Below are positions 29,061 to 48,829 of a DNA stretch of 64,000 nt, one piece after another (positions within the stretch are counted from its first letter, which is position 1; each line of letters opens with the position of its first letter). The DNA lies in NCBI RefSeq assembly GCF_009914755.1, contig NC_060938.1; one strand, 5' to 3'. The position numbers were made by a program, and so were the translations under genes. This DNA comes from the human T2T-CHM13v2.0 reference genome, Homo sapiens. Under the pieces are notes generated by a model. It was not told the origin of the DNA and searched no databases. It worked only from the letters and a program-made list of their open reading frames with translations.

Positions 29061-30619
29061 AAGAAATTTTATTTTTAATGGACCCTCTTAGATAGTTCTT
29101 AATAATGGCAGTATCAAAATACATGCAATTATGCATATGGAAGTAGCTTTTTTCCTACAAACTTAAGAATATTTCAAATCATCTTCTCTCTATTCTTTTG
29201 AATTACATGTGTGAGAAACAGATTATAAGTATTTCATGTTATTTTCCCAGACATCACTATAAGCATCAAGTAACTATTCACATGTGTGCCAGCGATTTAT
29301 CATCATACTCATGAGGGTTTTCTATTTCTAGAAGTTGCCCATTTTTTGATCTCTTTTTGCTTTTTCCTTCTTGTAAATATTGGAGTTCTTAATTCTTTTC
29401 TAATGCTGTAGATCCTCCTAGGGAAGGATTCTCTACAGTACTACATGTGTTAGAATGTGGGTGAAAAATTATACGTGCTTTAAATAATGAATGAGCCCGA
29501 AAAAAAGAGCTGGAAGTTGCCAGGTGCTAGGAATAGACAAAATTAAAAAGGGCATTTGAATTGAGAATGAAACCTGAATGCCCCTTGCATTTCTGAGGTA
29601 GGTTTAACATACACAGGACGGGAGCAGCCTTGTGTGACTTGTGGGACTGGAGCTGAGGTTTCGGCTTGAGTAGAGAGGTTTTTTTTTTTTTAAATAATTA
29701 GTTTCTCTTTTGATTGACACATAAAAATGACCTATATTTATTCTGTACAGCATAATGTTTTGTAACATGTCTACATAGGGGAGTGGCTCCACTGAGCTAA
29801 TTAACATCTGTATCACTCACCTACTCCCCATACGGCTAGAGAGGTTCTAAGTTGGCTTCAGCCATGATGTCAGGTTAGAAACATTCCCTCATGAACAGCA
29901 GCCCTGGACATGGTAGAAAAGCAAACCCCAAGCCCTCGCTGTTCACAAAGTGGTCCTAGTGTCTCACCCACCATCTGGAGCTGCAAAACTGAGCTGGGAA
30001 ATCACCGTCGTGGAGTGCCACTGGCAGCACACAGGTCCCAGCAGCCAGGAGCAAGGCACCATCCACAGATGCCTGCTCCCGGGGGACCACAGCTCCTGTG
30101 ATGAGGTCTCATACATAGAAACCATGTGATGAGCAAGGGAAAAGCGTGTCATGACATTCTGAAGGCCACAAAGAGGGAGGTAAACCTGTAGAGATGACAG
30201 ATACTTCAAGTTACTTTCTGATTTTTCTAAAATTATAAAATAGATCAACAAAAAGCTAGAGAAGAATGAATAATTCAAGAACAGATTTTAAGAAAGAAGA
30301 ACTTTCTGATGTGTGAAAGTACCCAATATGCATTATCATAATTGTAGGCATTGAGCTCTCAATGAAAGAATGACCTCACACTTGACACTCAGAAGGGGAT
30401 AAATAATGTTGGATAGATTGCCAAAGTGTTCTAGAAAGAAAATAATCCATCTTTAATTTTACAATACCACTCTTTCTACAATGATAGCGAAAAAAAAATC
30501 CAGATACAAATGGCAGGAAAGTGGAGCATATAGTTTCCTGCTGAAGCTGCTGTTGATGAACGTGCCTCACTTGCATGATCTCGGCTGTGCATAGTGTGTG
30601 GCCAGTGGGGAGCAGTGCT

Positions 30620-31005
30620 TGTGGGTGGCTGAATAATGCATCCCCCAAATGTTTACATTCAAACCCCCAGAACATGTGGTTTAGTGACCTCATATGGCAC
30701 GAGGAACTTTGTAGATGTGATTAAATTAATCTCGAGAGGGGAGAATATGGCCCTGCATTGTCTGGGTGGGTATGATGTAATCACAGGGGTGCTTATAAGT
30801 GGAAGCAGGAGAACCAGAGTCAGGGGAAGGGTGATGTGATGATGGACACAGAGATGAGAGGATGGCCTTTGAAGATGGAAGAAGGGGACACAGAGCAAGG
30901 AATATGGGTTCTAGAATCTGGAAAAGGCATGAAAACAGAATCTCCCTCCCAGGGTTCAGAAGAAACCAGCTCTGCCAACGCTTTGCCTCTGGACTAATAA
31001 AACCG
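30620..31005 (+). mobile_element. MLT1-family LTR
   Basis: TGTGGGTGGCTGAATAATG...CTTTGTAGATGTGATTAA...GCCTTTGAAGATGGAAGAAGGGG...AAACAGAATCTCCC. Confidence 0.7.
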
Positions 31006-31425
31006 CAGGACCACCAAGAAACTGCTCTTTCTTGCATAGAACACAGTCAGTATGCTCACACGACATGGGTGGGTTTGAGAGTTAAAGGAGACTGCAAGGT
31101 CTCTGGCTGAAACAGGGCAGGAATCAGGTGGAGCAAGAGGGTGGGTAGGCAGGACCTGATTTTCAGGAGTGTAAATGTGAGGCACTGATGAGATTTCCAG
31201 GTGGAGACAGAGGGAGGAGTTATGTGTTCAGGTCTAGAGTGGAGCTGGTAGGTTGGTCTGAGCCTGAGAAAGGAGGGCATCCTCCAGGAATTGAGAGTAG
31301 GAAAAGGGAAGAGTGGATAAGTGCTAAGAACTAAGTGGGAGATTTCTGGAGGTGGCGGCTCACAGAGCCAGCAATGTCTTATGGTTGGGGTTTGTAACCC
31401 CAGTCACTGAAAGTGTCCTCCCAGC

Positions 31426-31636
31426 CTCTCTCTGCATATGCCCCTGGGGCTGAGTGCCTGCGTTGGATGGTCACTTACCATTCCCTAAGAGGCCCTAAGC
31501 ACCTCCTGCAGCCCAGCTCCTCCTGGACCCTCTCTCTGCATATGCCCCTGGGGCTGAGTGCCTGCGTTGGGTGGTCACTTACCATTCCCTAAGAGGCCCT
31601 AAGCACCTCCTGCAGCCCAGCCCCTCCTGGACCCTC
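31426..31636. repeat. 104-bp tandem duplication x2
   Basis: CTCTCTCTGCATATGCCCCTGGGGCTGAGTGCC...CCTGGACCC starts at 31426 and 31530. Confidence 0.92.
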
Positions 31637-31692
31637 TGGAGGGGAAGTTTGTGTTTGTGTTTGGTCACGGAGCCCGGCTGCAGAGAAAACAA

Positions 31693-31970
31693 GTTTTTTT
31701 TTTTTTTTTTTCGAAAGGATCTCACTCTGCCACCCACGCTGGAGTGAGGTGGTGCCATCATAGCTCACTGCAACCTCAACCTCCTGGCCTCAAGCCACAC
31801 TCCCACCTTGGCCTCCCAAAGTGTTGCGTTTACAGGTGTGTGCCAAGGTGCCCACTCAAAAACGGGTTCTTGGCTGGGCACTGTGGCTCAAGCCTGTAAT
31901 CCCAGCACCTTGGGGGTCAAGGTGGGTGGATCACTTGAGCCCAGGAGTTTGAGACCAGCCTGGGCAACAG
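31693..31970. mobile_element. Two Alu monomer fragments in opposite orientations (minus 31693-31850, plus 31872-31970)
   Basis: T-run with an antisense Alu body, then GGCTGGGCACTGTGGCTCAAGCCTGTAATCCCAGCAC. Confidence 0.7.
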
Positions 31971-32504
31971 ACTGTTACATGACCATTTAGCTTATGCAAA
32001 TGTGGGACTGGTTAAATGGTCTATGTGGGGCTGTCACCTTGTCTTTGCATCTGTCACTGAAGCCAGAAGTCAGCAGGGCAGACAGTTGGGAAGGAAAGAC
32101 AGTGGGCAAGCTGAGGTGGACAGAGGCAGCCACAGGGATGGACTGGGACACATGAAGGCAGGCGAAACCATGTTGTCTCTCACACCCTTTCAAGGGTCTA
32201 GAGGGAGTCCTTTAACTGATTTTCTTCCAATATATGTAATTATGAGGCTGGAGGTGGTGATACTGGAGTTCATAGCCTGACTGGAAGCTGTAAAAAGCTT
32301 GTACAACCTTATGGTGATTAGTTTTTATAGCCTTAATAAGCCCCAGAAATAAGACTAAGTCAGAGACTTGATTTAGGATTTTGATTTTTGAGAACATTTG
32401 TTATAGATGCTAAAAGGCTCAAAATATTTGATCAAAACAGAATCACAGGCCATTGTAAAATGATAGTTACTAATTTAACCGAAGTGGTAATTAAAAAGAC
32501 TTCA

Positions 32505-35192
32505 GAGGTGAGTCAAGATGGCTGACTAGATGCAGCCAGGAGGAATATCTGTCATGGAGGGAGTGAGACATCAGGAAGACGGGTGCTTTCCAAGCAGATC
32601 TTTGAAGGGGAGGCATTGAGAGTGGATTGAGAGTAGATGGGGGAGGACACAGATGCTGAGCTGAAGGTGGAGGAAGATGGGAACCCTGCATGGGGATGCC
32701 AAGCACCAGGACTCATTCCTGGCTCCCAGCAACTCCTGGGGAAAGGTTGAGTTGAACAGGTGAGGAGTGGCCTGCTGTTGCCATGGGCCTCCAGAATCCT
32801 AGCAGCAGGAGACCCCATGACCCCCATGGACACTTGTGCTGGAAGGGACAGCTGCTTAGAGAGATGCCAGGGGCAGGACTCCAGTCTGTGTAAAGCCCAG
32901 AGTGTTTGACATGAGAATGGCTGTAGTGGAGCACAGCCAGGGGACACCCATCCCCCAAGGCTCACCAACCTCCTCTAGGAGATTTTAACCTTAGAGTGAC
33001 TATGGGACCTGAATAAAGCAGGGTGGTCTTGTCCATGGGACAGGGCCCATCTGAAATGAGAATTTCCTTGCCTTCTGGCCTCTCCTGGGGCCCCAGGCTG
33101 GCTGTGCCTGCTTGCAGTACAGCCTTGGAAGCCCAACCAGGGTGTTTCCTGGGGGCCCTCATCATAGCTCCTTTGCCAGCAGACCATGCCTAACCATTGG
33201 AGACCTCCAGCAGGCCAGCCTCTGCTGATGTGCACCAGTCCACCCATAGTACCTCCCAACTGCTTTGCTGGCATGAGTGCACAGCAGATCACAACTCCCT
33301 CTACCACCAGCAAGCATGTGCATGTGTGCCCCACCACCCTGTCCCTGCCAACACACGGACACCTCACTGCGCTGTGACTGCCAGCAGGAACCTATGTAGG
33401 GATGCTGCCACTCTGCTCCTGCCAGTACCCCCACCCCAGCAGATGCATGTGCACCCTGCCATGACTCCACAACTGCTGGCACCCATGAGTAAGAATGGAT
33501 CCCACTGCCACCACTCTAATGAAGTGCTTTGGCCGGCACCCCCTACTATAGTGTTGTGGCCAATGGACTGGGAACACCTCAGCCCCTCCAATGCAGCAAG
33601 TTTCTAAACTCAAGGGGCCAGAGAATAAAGCCAGGGGCCCAGTCCCAGAGCAGAGAACACACCACAAGAGTGCTGAGGTGAGCCTGGACTCTCTAAGATT
33701 TTCAAGAAACACTGCTAACTGAATCCACTTTATACCACAATCAAACCTGCAAGAGTATCAAAGAAGATAAGAGCAAAAAACAAACAAATGAACAAACAAA
33801 CAAAAACACACACCAAAAAACAACAAAAAAGACAAAAACATCCAAAGGACAGCCACTTCAAAGATTAAAGAAACAGCCCACAAAGATGAGAAAGAATTAA
33901 TGCAAGAAACTCTGCAACTCTAAAATCCAGAGTGTCTTCTTACCTCCAAATAATCACACTGGTTTCCCAGCAATGGTTCTTAACCTGACTGAAATGGCTG
34001 AAATGACAGACATAGAATTCAGAATATGCACAGGAAAGAAGATCACTGAGATTCAGGAGAATGTTGAAACCCAATCCAAGGGAGCTAAGAAATAAAGTAA
34101 AATGATACAGAAGCTGAAAGATGAAATGGCCATTTTAAGAAAGAACCAAACTGATTTGATAGAGCTAAAAAACTCACTTCAAGAATTTCAGAATACAATT
34201 ACAAGTATTAACAGCAGAATAGACCAAGCTGAGGAAAGAATCACAGAGCTTAAAAACTGATTCTCTGAATTAACTCAGTCAGACAAAAATAAAGAACAAA
34301 GAATAAAAAAGAAGGCATAAAACCTCAGAGAAATGTGCAATTATGTAAAAAGACCAGATCTATGACACATTGGTATCCCTTAAGAAGAGAAAGAGAAAAA
34401 AAGAAACTTGAAAAACATTTCAGGCTATCCTCCATGAAAATTTCTCCAACCTCACCAGAGAGGCCAACATTCAAATTCAAGAAATGCAAATAACCTCTGC
34501 ATGATATTATACATGACAACCATCCCTAAGACATATAGCCATCAGACATCAGACTCTTAAAGGTTGAAAGGAAAAAAAATATTAGAGGCAGCTAGAAAGA
34601 AGGTTCAGGTCACATACAAAGGGAACCCAATGAGGCTAACAATGGAGGTTTCAGCAGAAACTGTACAATCCAGAAGAGATTGGGGGCCTATATTCAGCAT
34701 TCTTAAAGAAAAGAAATTCCAAGCAAGAATTTCATATCTAGCCAAACGAAGCTTCACAAGTGAAGGAGAAATAAGATCCTTTTCAGACAAGCAAATGCTA
34801 AGGGTATTCATCACCACTAGATTGCCTTACAAGAGGCCCTTAAGGGATTGCTAAATATGATAATGGAAGAACGTTACTGGCCACCACAAAAACACACTTA
34901 AGTACATAACGATTGCCACTATAAATCAACTATACAATCAAATCTGCATATTGAGCAGCTAACAACATGATAACAGGATGAAATATGCACATATCAATAT
35001 TAACCTTGAATGTAAATGGGCTAAATGCCCCAATTAAAGGGCAGAGAATTGCCAAGTTGGAGAAAGAAGCAAGACCCAAATGTATGCTGTCTTCAAGAGA
35101 CCCATCTCACATGCAATGACATCCCCAGGCTCAAAGTAAAAGGATGGAGAAAAATCTACTAAGCAAATGGAAAACAGAAAAAAGCAGGTGTT
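32505..35192 (+). mobile_element. Older primate L1: 5'UTR, degenerate ORF1 and start of ORF2, truncated
   Basis: CAAGATGGCTGACTAGATGCAGCCAGG start; ORF1 peptide KILEAARKKVQVTYKGNPMRLT...EGEIRSFSDKQML; EN-domain start (TTAACCTTGAATGTAAATGGGCTAAATGCCCCAATTAAA). Confidence 0.85.
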
Positions 35193-35193
35193 T

Positions 35194-41352
<6,159 letters not shown>

Positions 41353-42002
41353 ATAGATTCTTGATATTAGACCTTTGTCACATGCTGATGTGGTTTGGCT
41401 CTGTGTCATTAAACAAATCTCATCTCAAATAGTAATCCTTATGTGTCAAGGGGTGGACCTGGTGGGAGGTGACTGGGTCATGGGGGTGGTTTCCCCCATG
41501 CTGTCCTCATGTTCTCCTGATAGTGAGTGAGTTCTCATGAGATCTGATGGTTTTATCCATGTATGGTGGTTCCTCCTTCATTCCCTCTCTCTCTCTTTCT
41601 CTCTCTCACCTGCTGCCATGTGTCACATGCCTGCTTCCACTTCCACCATGATTGCAAGTTTCCTGAGCCTCCGACCCTAACCACACAGCACTGTGAGTCA
41701 ATTAAACCTCTTTTCTTTACAAATTAACCACTTTCGGGCAGTTCTTTATAGCACTGTGGAAACAGACTAATATAGTAAATTGGTACCAGGAGTGGGGAAC
41801 TGCTATAAAGATAACTCAAAATCTGGAAGCAACTTTGGAACTGGGTACCTCCTGGCAGCGGTTGGAACAGTTTGGAGAACTTGAAAGGAGAAGGGAAGAT
41901 GTGGGAAAGTTTGGAACTTCCTAGAGACTTATTGAGTGGTTTTGACTAAAATGCTGATAGTGACATGAACAGTGAAGTCCAAGCTGAGCTGGTCTTAGGT
42001 AG

Positions 42003-42982
<980 letters not shown>

Positions 42983-44274
42983 CTTGATGGAATTTTGTCC
43001 CTGCCCTAGAAATCTGTGGAACTTTGCCCTTGAGAGAGATGATCTGAAATAGGAACTTATGTTTAAAAGGGAAACAGAGCATAAAAGTTTGGAAAATTTG
43101 CAGCCTGGCCATGTGGTAGTAAAGAAAAACACATTTGCTAGGGAGAAATTCAAGTTGGCTGCAGAAATTTGCATAAGTAATGAAGAGATGAATATTAATA
43201 ATCAAGACAATGGGGAAAATGTTTCCAGGGCATGTCGGAGATCTTTGCAGCAGCCCTTCCAATCACAGGCCTGGAGGCCTATCAGGGAAAAATGTTTTCA
43301 TGGGCTGGGTCCAGGGCCCAGCTTCTCTTTGGAGCCTTGGGACTTGGTGCCCTGTGTCCCAGCTGCTCCAGGTCTAGCTGTGGCTAAAAAAGTCCAATGT
43401 ACAGCTCAGGCCATTGCTTCAGAAAGCCCCAATCATTGGTGGCTTCTACATGATGTTGGGCCTAGGGATGTGCGGAAGAGAAGAGTTCAGCTTTGTGATC
43501 CTCCACCCAGATCTCAGAGGATTTATAGAAATGACTGGATGTCCAGCCAGAAGTCTGCGCCAGGGGCAAAGCCTTCATGGAGAGCCTCTGCTAGGGCAGT
43601 GCAGAAGGGAAATGTGGGGTTGGAGCCCCCACACAGAGTCCCCACTGGAGACAGTGACTAATGGGGCTGTGAGAAGAGGGCCACCATCTTTCAGACCCCA
43701 GAATGGTAGATCCATTAACGGCTTGCACTGTGCACCTGGAAAAGCTGCATGCACTCAATGAGAGCAGCCAGGAGGGCTGAACTCTGCAAAGCCCATGAGA
43801 GCAGCCATGGGGTCAGAGCTGCAAAGCCACAGGGTGAGAGCTTCCCAAGGTTGTAGGAGCCCCCACTTTGCATAAGCATGCCCTGAATGTGAGGAATGGA
43901 GTCAAAGGAGATTATTTTGAAGCTTTAAGATTTAATGACTGCCCCACTGGAGTTTGGGCTTGCATGTGACCTGAAGCCCCTTTATTCTGGCTCATTTCTC
44001 CCAACTGAAATGGGAGCATGTATCTAATGCCTGTACCCCCATTTTGTCTTGGAAGTAACTGACTTGTTTTTCATTTTACAGGTTCATAGATGAAAGGGAC
44101 TTGCCTTGTCTCCAATGTGACTTTGGATTTGGACTTTTGAGTTAATACTGAAATGAGTTAAGATGTTGGGGGACTGTTGGGAAGGCATGATTGGTTTTGA
44201 AATGCAAAGAGGACATGAGATTTGGGAGGGGTTGGGTGGCGTGATCTGGTTTGGCTCTGGGTCTCTACCCAAAT

Positions 44275-45650
44275 GACACCATTCCTCAGGGTGATCAGTG
44301 AGCTACCTGATGGCAGGTTGGATTATATTGGACCTCTTCCATCCTGGAAAGGGCAGAGGTTTGTCCTCACTGAAATAGACACTTACTGCAGATATGCATG
44401 CAATGCTTCTGCCAAGACTACCATCTGTGGAGTCATGGAATGCCTTATCCACTGTCACAGTATTCCACATAGCATTGCCTCTGACCAAGGCACTCCCTTT
44501 ACGGCTAAAGAAGTGTGGCAGTGGGCTCATGCTCATGGGATTCACTTGTCTTACCATTTTCCCCATCATCCTGAAGCAGCTGGATTGATAGAAGAATGGA
44601 ATGGCCTTTCAAAGTCACAATTACAATGTCAACTAGGCTCCAATACTTTGCAGGGCTGGGGCAAAGCTCTCCAAAAGGCCATGTATGCTCCAAATCAGCA
44701 TCCAATATATGGTACTCTTTCTCCCATAGCCATAATTCATGGATCCAGGAATCAAGGGGTGGAAGTGGAAATGGCACCATTCACCATCACCCCTAGTGAT
44801 CCACTAGCAAAATTTTTGCTTCCTGGTCCCATGACATTACATTCTGTTGGCCTAGAGGTCTTAGTTCCAGTGGGAATAATGCTGCCATCAGGAGAAACAA
44901 CAACAATTCCATTAAACTGGAAGTAAAGATTTCCACCTGGCCACTTTGGGCCCCTCCTACCTTTAAGTCCACAGGCTAAGAGGGGAGTTACAGTGTTGGC
45001 TGGGCTGATTGACCTGGACTATCAAGATGCAATCAGTCTATTACTCCACAATGGAGGCAAGGAAGAATATGTATGGAATACAGGAGATCCATTAGGGCGT
45101 CTCTTAACATTACCATGCCCTGTCATTAAGGTCAACGGGAAACTACAACAGCCCAATCCAGGCAGGACTACAAATGGCCCAGACCCTTCAGGAATGAAGG
45201 TTTGCATCACTCCACTAGGAGAAAAAACTCTACCTGCTGTGATGCTTGCTGAAGGCAAAGGGAATACAGAATGGGTAGTAGAAGAAGGTAGTCATCAATA
45301 CCAGCTACAACCACGTGATCAGTTGCAGAAATGAGGACCGTAATTGTCATCAGTATTTCCTTCTTCTTTTGTTAAAAACATGTTTGTGCATGTACACACT
45401 TGTACTAAGAAAATTCCTTCATTTCTTTTTTCCTTTATCATGTGACATAAAATTTATTGACTTCATATCAGCATTTAAGTGTTCTTAACTTTACATAATA
45501 GCATTTGGGTTGGGGATTGGTGCATTTCTGGTTGTACAAAAGATAGTTGTATTACATTAGGTGTAATTATGACCTTATTATTGTCTTTATTTGAAGATTA
45601 TGTATGATCTCAGGAGATTTGTATGGGTTCAAGTTGACAAGGGGTGGACT
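44275..45650 (+). mobile_element. HERV-L internal 3' fragment (integrase and dUTPase remnants)
   Basis: LDYIGPLPSWKGQRFVLTEIDTY...IASDQGTPFTAKEV...HHPEAAGLIEEWNG (integrase); VLAGLIDLDYQDAISLLLHNGG (dUTPase motif). Confidence 0.88.
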
Positions 45651-46135
45651 TGTGATGGTTGATACTGAGTGTCAACTTGATTGGATTGAAGCATGCAAAG
45701 TATTGATCCTGGGTGTGTCTGTGAGGGTGTTGCCAAAGGAGATTAACATTTGAGCCAGTAAACTGGGAAAGGCAGACCCACCCTTAATCTAGGTGGGCAC
45801 CATCTAATCAGCTGCCAGTGTGGCCAGGATATAAAGCAGGCAGAAAAACGTGAAAAGACTAGACTGGCTTAGCCTCCCAGCCTACATCTTTCTCCTGTGC
45901 TGGATGCTTCCTGCCGTCGAACATCAGACTTCAAATTCTTCAGCTTTGGGACTCGGACTGGCTTCCTTGCTCCTCAGCTTGCAGATGGCCTACTGTGGGA
46001 CCTTGTGATTGTGAGTTTAATACTCCTCAATAAACTCTAATATATATATATATTATATATAATATATAATACGTATTATATATTGTATATATACATATTA
46101 GGTTTCTCTAGAGGGACAGAACTATATATATATAT
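45651..46135 (+). mobile_element. MLT2 LTR (HERV-L 3' LTR) with (TA)n
   Basis: TGTGATGGTTGATACTGAGTGTCAACTTGATTGGATTGAAG start, directly after the GGGGTGGACT end of the HERV-L internal region. Confidence 0.85.
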
Positions 46136-48829
46136 AGTTTCCATAGTCTGTGGTGTAGACTAGGTGAAATGGAGTTTACAGCCTCCTGAAGGGTAACACC
46201 CAGACTCTCACCTGAATTCCCTGAAATCCTGTGCCCTGGGGATTGGAGAAACCTTAAAACCAAAGCCACTGTTAAGTTAGCTCAGTCTTTGATTGAGCAT
46301 GGCCATCTGCCTATACTTGGCTTCCAGGGCTGGGTGAAGGAGAATTCCTGCCTGGAACAAGGTCACATTACAAAGAATCTTCACAGTGCTCATGAGACAT
46401 CTCAGACCTTCCATCAGAAGCATTCAGGATGGCAGGAGACTGGACATGATGAGCAATATGGGGATAGGAGGAAGGAAACAGAGAACGGAAGGAGGTGACA
46501 GCTGACAAGGCCTTGTGTTCTCAGATGCTGAGCATGAAATGAAGCATTTATGATGAGGGAAACAGAACAGATGTACGGTACAATATTAAATATAAAGCAG
46601 TAAATTACAGCAGGTGGCTTCACAGCAGCTTAGACATAGCAGAAGAGAAGAGGATGGAATTGGAAGATCGATGCTCAGGACGGATGCAGAGTGAAGCCGA
46701 GGATCCGACAAAGAGGATTTGGGAGATGCAGGCTTTGGGAGAGAAGGAGGGGGATTGGAAGAAGAAAGAATGTTTGAAAGTACTCCATAGAGAACCAGGA
46801 CAGCCCCTGGGGCCAAGCAGCCCATGACCCTTGCAGCTTCAGAGGTCCAGACTCCAGCCTGGCCTCACATGCTGGTTGGTCTTATCCCTGCCAGGCCAGA
46901 ACCCTCTTCAGAACCCACTTCAGAACCCAGAGCCCCCACAGCTCTCCCTCACCCTATGCCCGGGACATGTCTCCCGTGCACTCTTCCCTGGCCCACAGGT
47001 GGGAGTTTACACCTGCTTGGGTGGCCTCGGCATCCACACCAACAACCTGTTAGCAGTTGTCCTGCTCCCTCCACCTGGCACAGCGTGAATCTCCCACAGT
47101 GCAGGCCCCGTGTTTGGGAGTGATTAGGACACACAGGAGGGCAGGTCAGGACAACAGGTGCTGAGGCAGGCAGATTTCGAGGATTTAAGTGCCGATGCTC
47201 TTGGAAGACCATTTCCATGGGGTTAATGGTGGTTTTTCTTGGTGAACTGTTGGCTTGTGTTTTTGATATTGCTGTTGCTCTAAATAGTGTTTTCCTGGCT
47301 TCAATACAAACTCTATTGGTCATGTTCTTTGTTAAAATACGTATCATTCTAAAAGTTCACATGGCATTAGATTTTTTGCTCAAACTACCTATAATATTTC
47401 TCCAACAGAGTGCACATTTGCCTTCCTTTCACACATACCTCCGCCCCCTGCCCTGAGCAGAGTCCCAGTGGTTCCCATCTGTTTAGGGGGTGGGGCAGGG
47501 GACACAGGCCCTGACGCGAGGTGGGGCCGTGCCAAGCGTGGTGGTCTTGCACGGGCACTGAGTGGGTGGGCCCTGGAGAGAGGAGAGGTCATTCCCCCTG
47601 GGGAACGCCCCAGGCCACAGGGGAGAGGTCAGCTGGAGCGTGAGGTGGGGGGCGGAGATGCATAAAGGGTGGGATGGGGCCTGCTGCTCTATCAGCAAAA
47701 CCCCTCACACCCGAAGGACACATAGAGGGAGGGCACTGTATTCACTGACCTCACACTTAACTGTCCATTAGCGTTCACCCACAAAATAATAGAACACACT
47801 GACAGAGGCACAGGAATGGATTGCTCGCATCTTTATGACAGCTGAATGGAGGAAATTTCTAACAGGTTCAGAGAAAGGATATCAAGCTGTGTTTGGAGAA
47901 AGGGGTGGGAATTCTAAACAATATCTATGGAAGCAGGACATCTAGAACCACGGATGTATTCAGAAAAATGCTAGATCTCAGTACTACCCTAGAATACCAA
48001 CAGTTTTCTGTGGATGGTATGGGAAGGGTGATTTCTTCCGTCGGTGGGCTTTGCCTTTGAAATTCTCTCTGACATATCTACACTGCATTTTAAAAGTCAA
48101 TATTAGTGTGAATTTTAAGTTAAAATAAAATGTTATCTCATTCAGTTATTTATACATTTAACTTCCATTTTCCTTTACAATAACTCAGTGATACACCTAG
48201 CCCTGTTTTCCACCCGGACCAGCCTGTGCTGCTACAAGCCTGGTTTCTCTTCCTCATCACGACTTACTCAGCTTCCCTTCCTGTTTCAGTTCAAGGAAAT
48301 GTGGGGGCAGGAAGAAAGGGGGCAGCTGCCACTCACAGAGCTCACACTAAATGACAGACAGCTTGCCCCTCACGTCTACCTATTTTTCTAGTTGAATTTC
48401 ATTGCATGCAGCAATCGACCTCAGGGATTCATTTTCCCACATACGGGAAGCTCGGCCCCAGGTAGGGGGATTTGCTTGGTGGGGGATTTGAACCCAAGTC
48501 CCTCTCACTGAAAAGCCCACAGCACCCCCGTGAGGAACAGACAGGGAACAGGGAGTAGCCCTGGATCACCCTAAACTGACTTCGGGTTTAGAGAAGGACA
48601 GATTACCTGGGGAATGAGGAAGCTCATTGCTCTGGAGCTCTCTTCTGGAGAAATGTCATGAATGTTCCCTGTAAGGAGCTGGTGGCAACTTCCGTTAATT
48701 CTGGGACCAGAGACCTCAGGTCAAGAGCCAGATGCTCATTCATGTCTCTCCAGGCAAGAGGTTCTGGCCAAGTTTGGGCTCCCAGAGGAGTCTAAGAAAA
48801 TGTGGAAGGCACCAATGTGTTTTTGAAGA

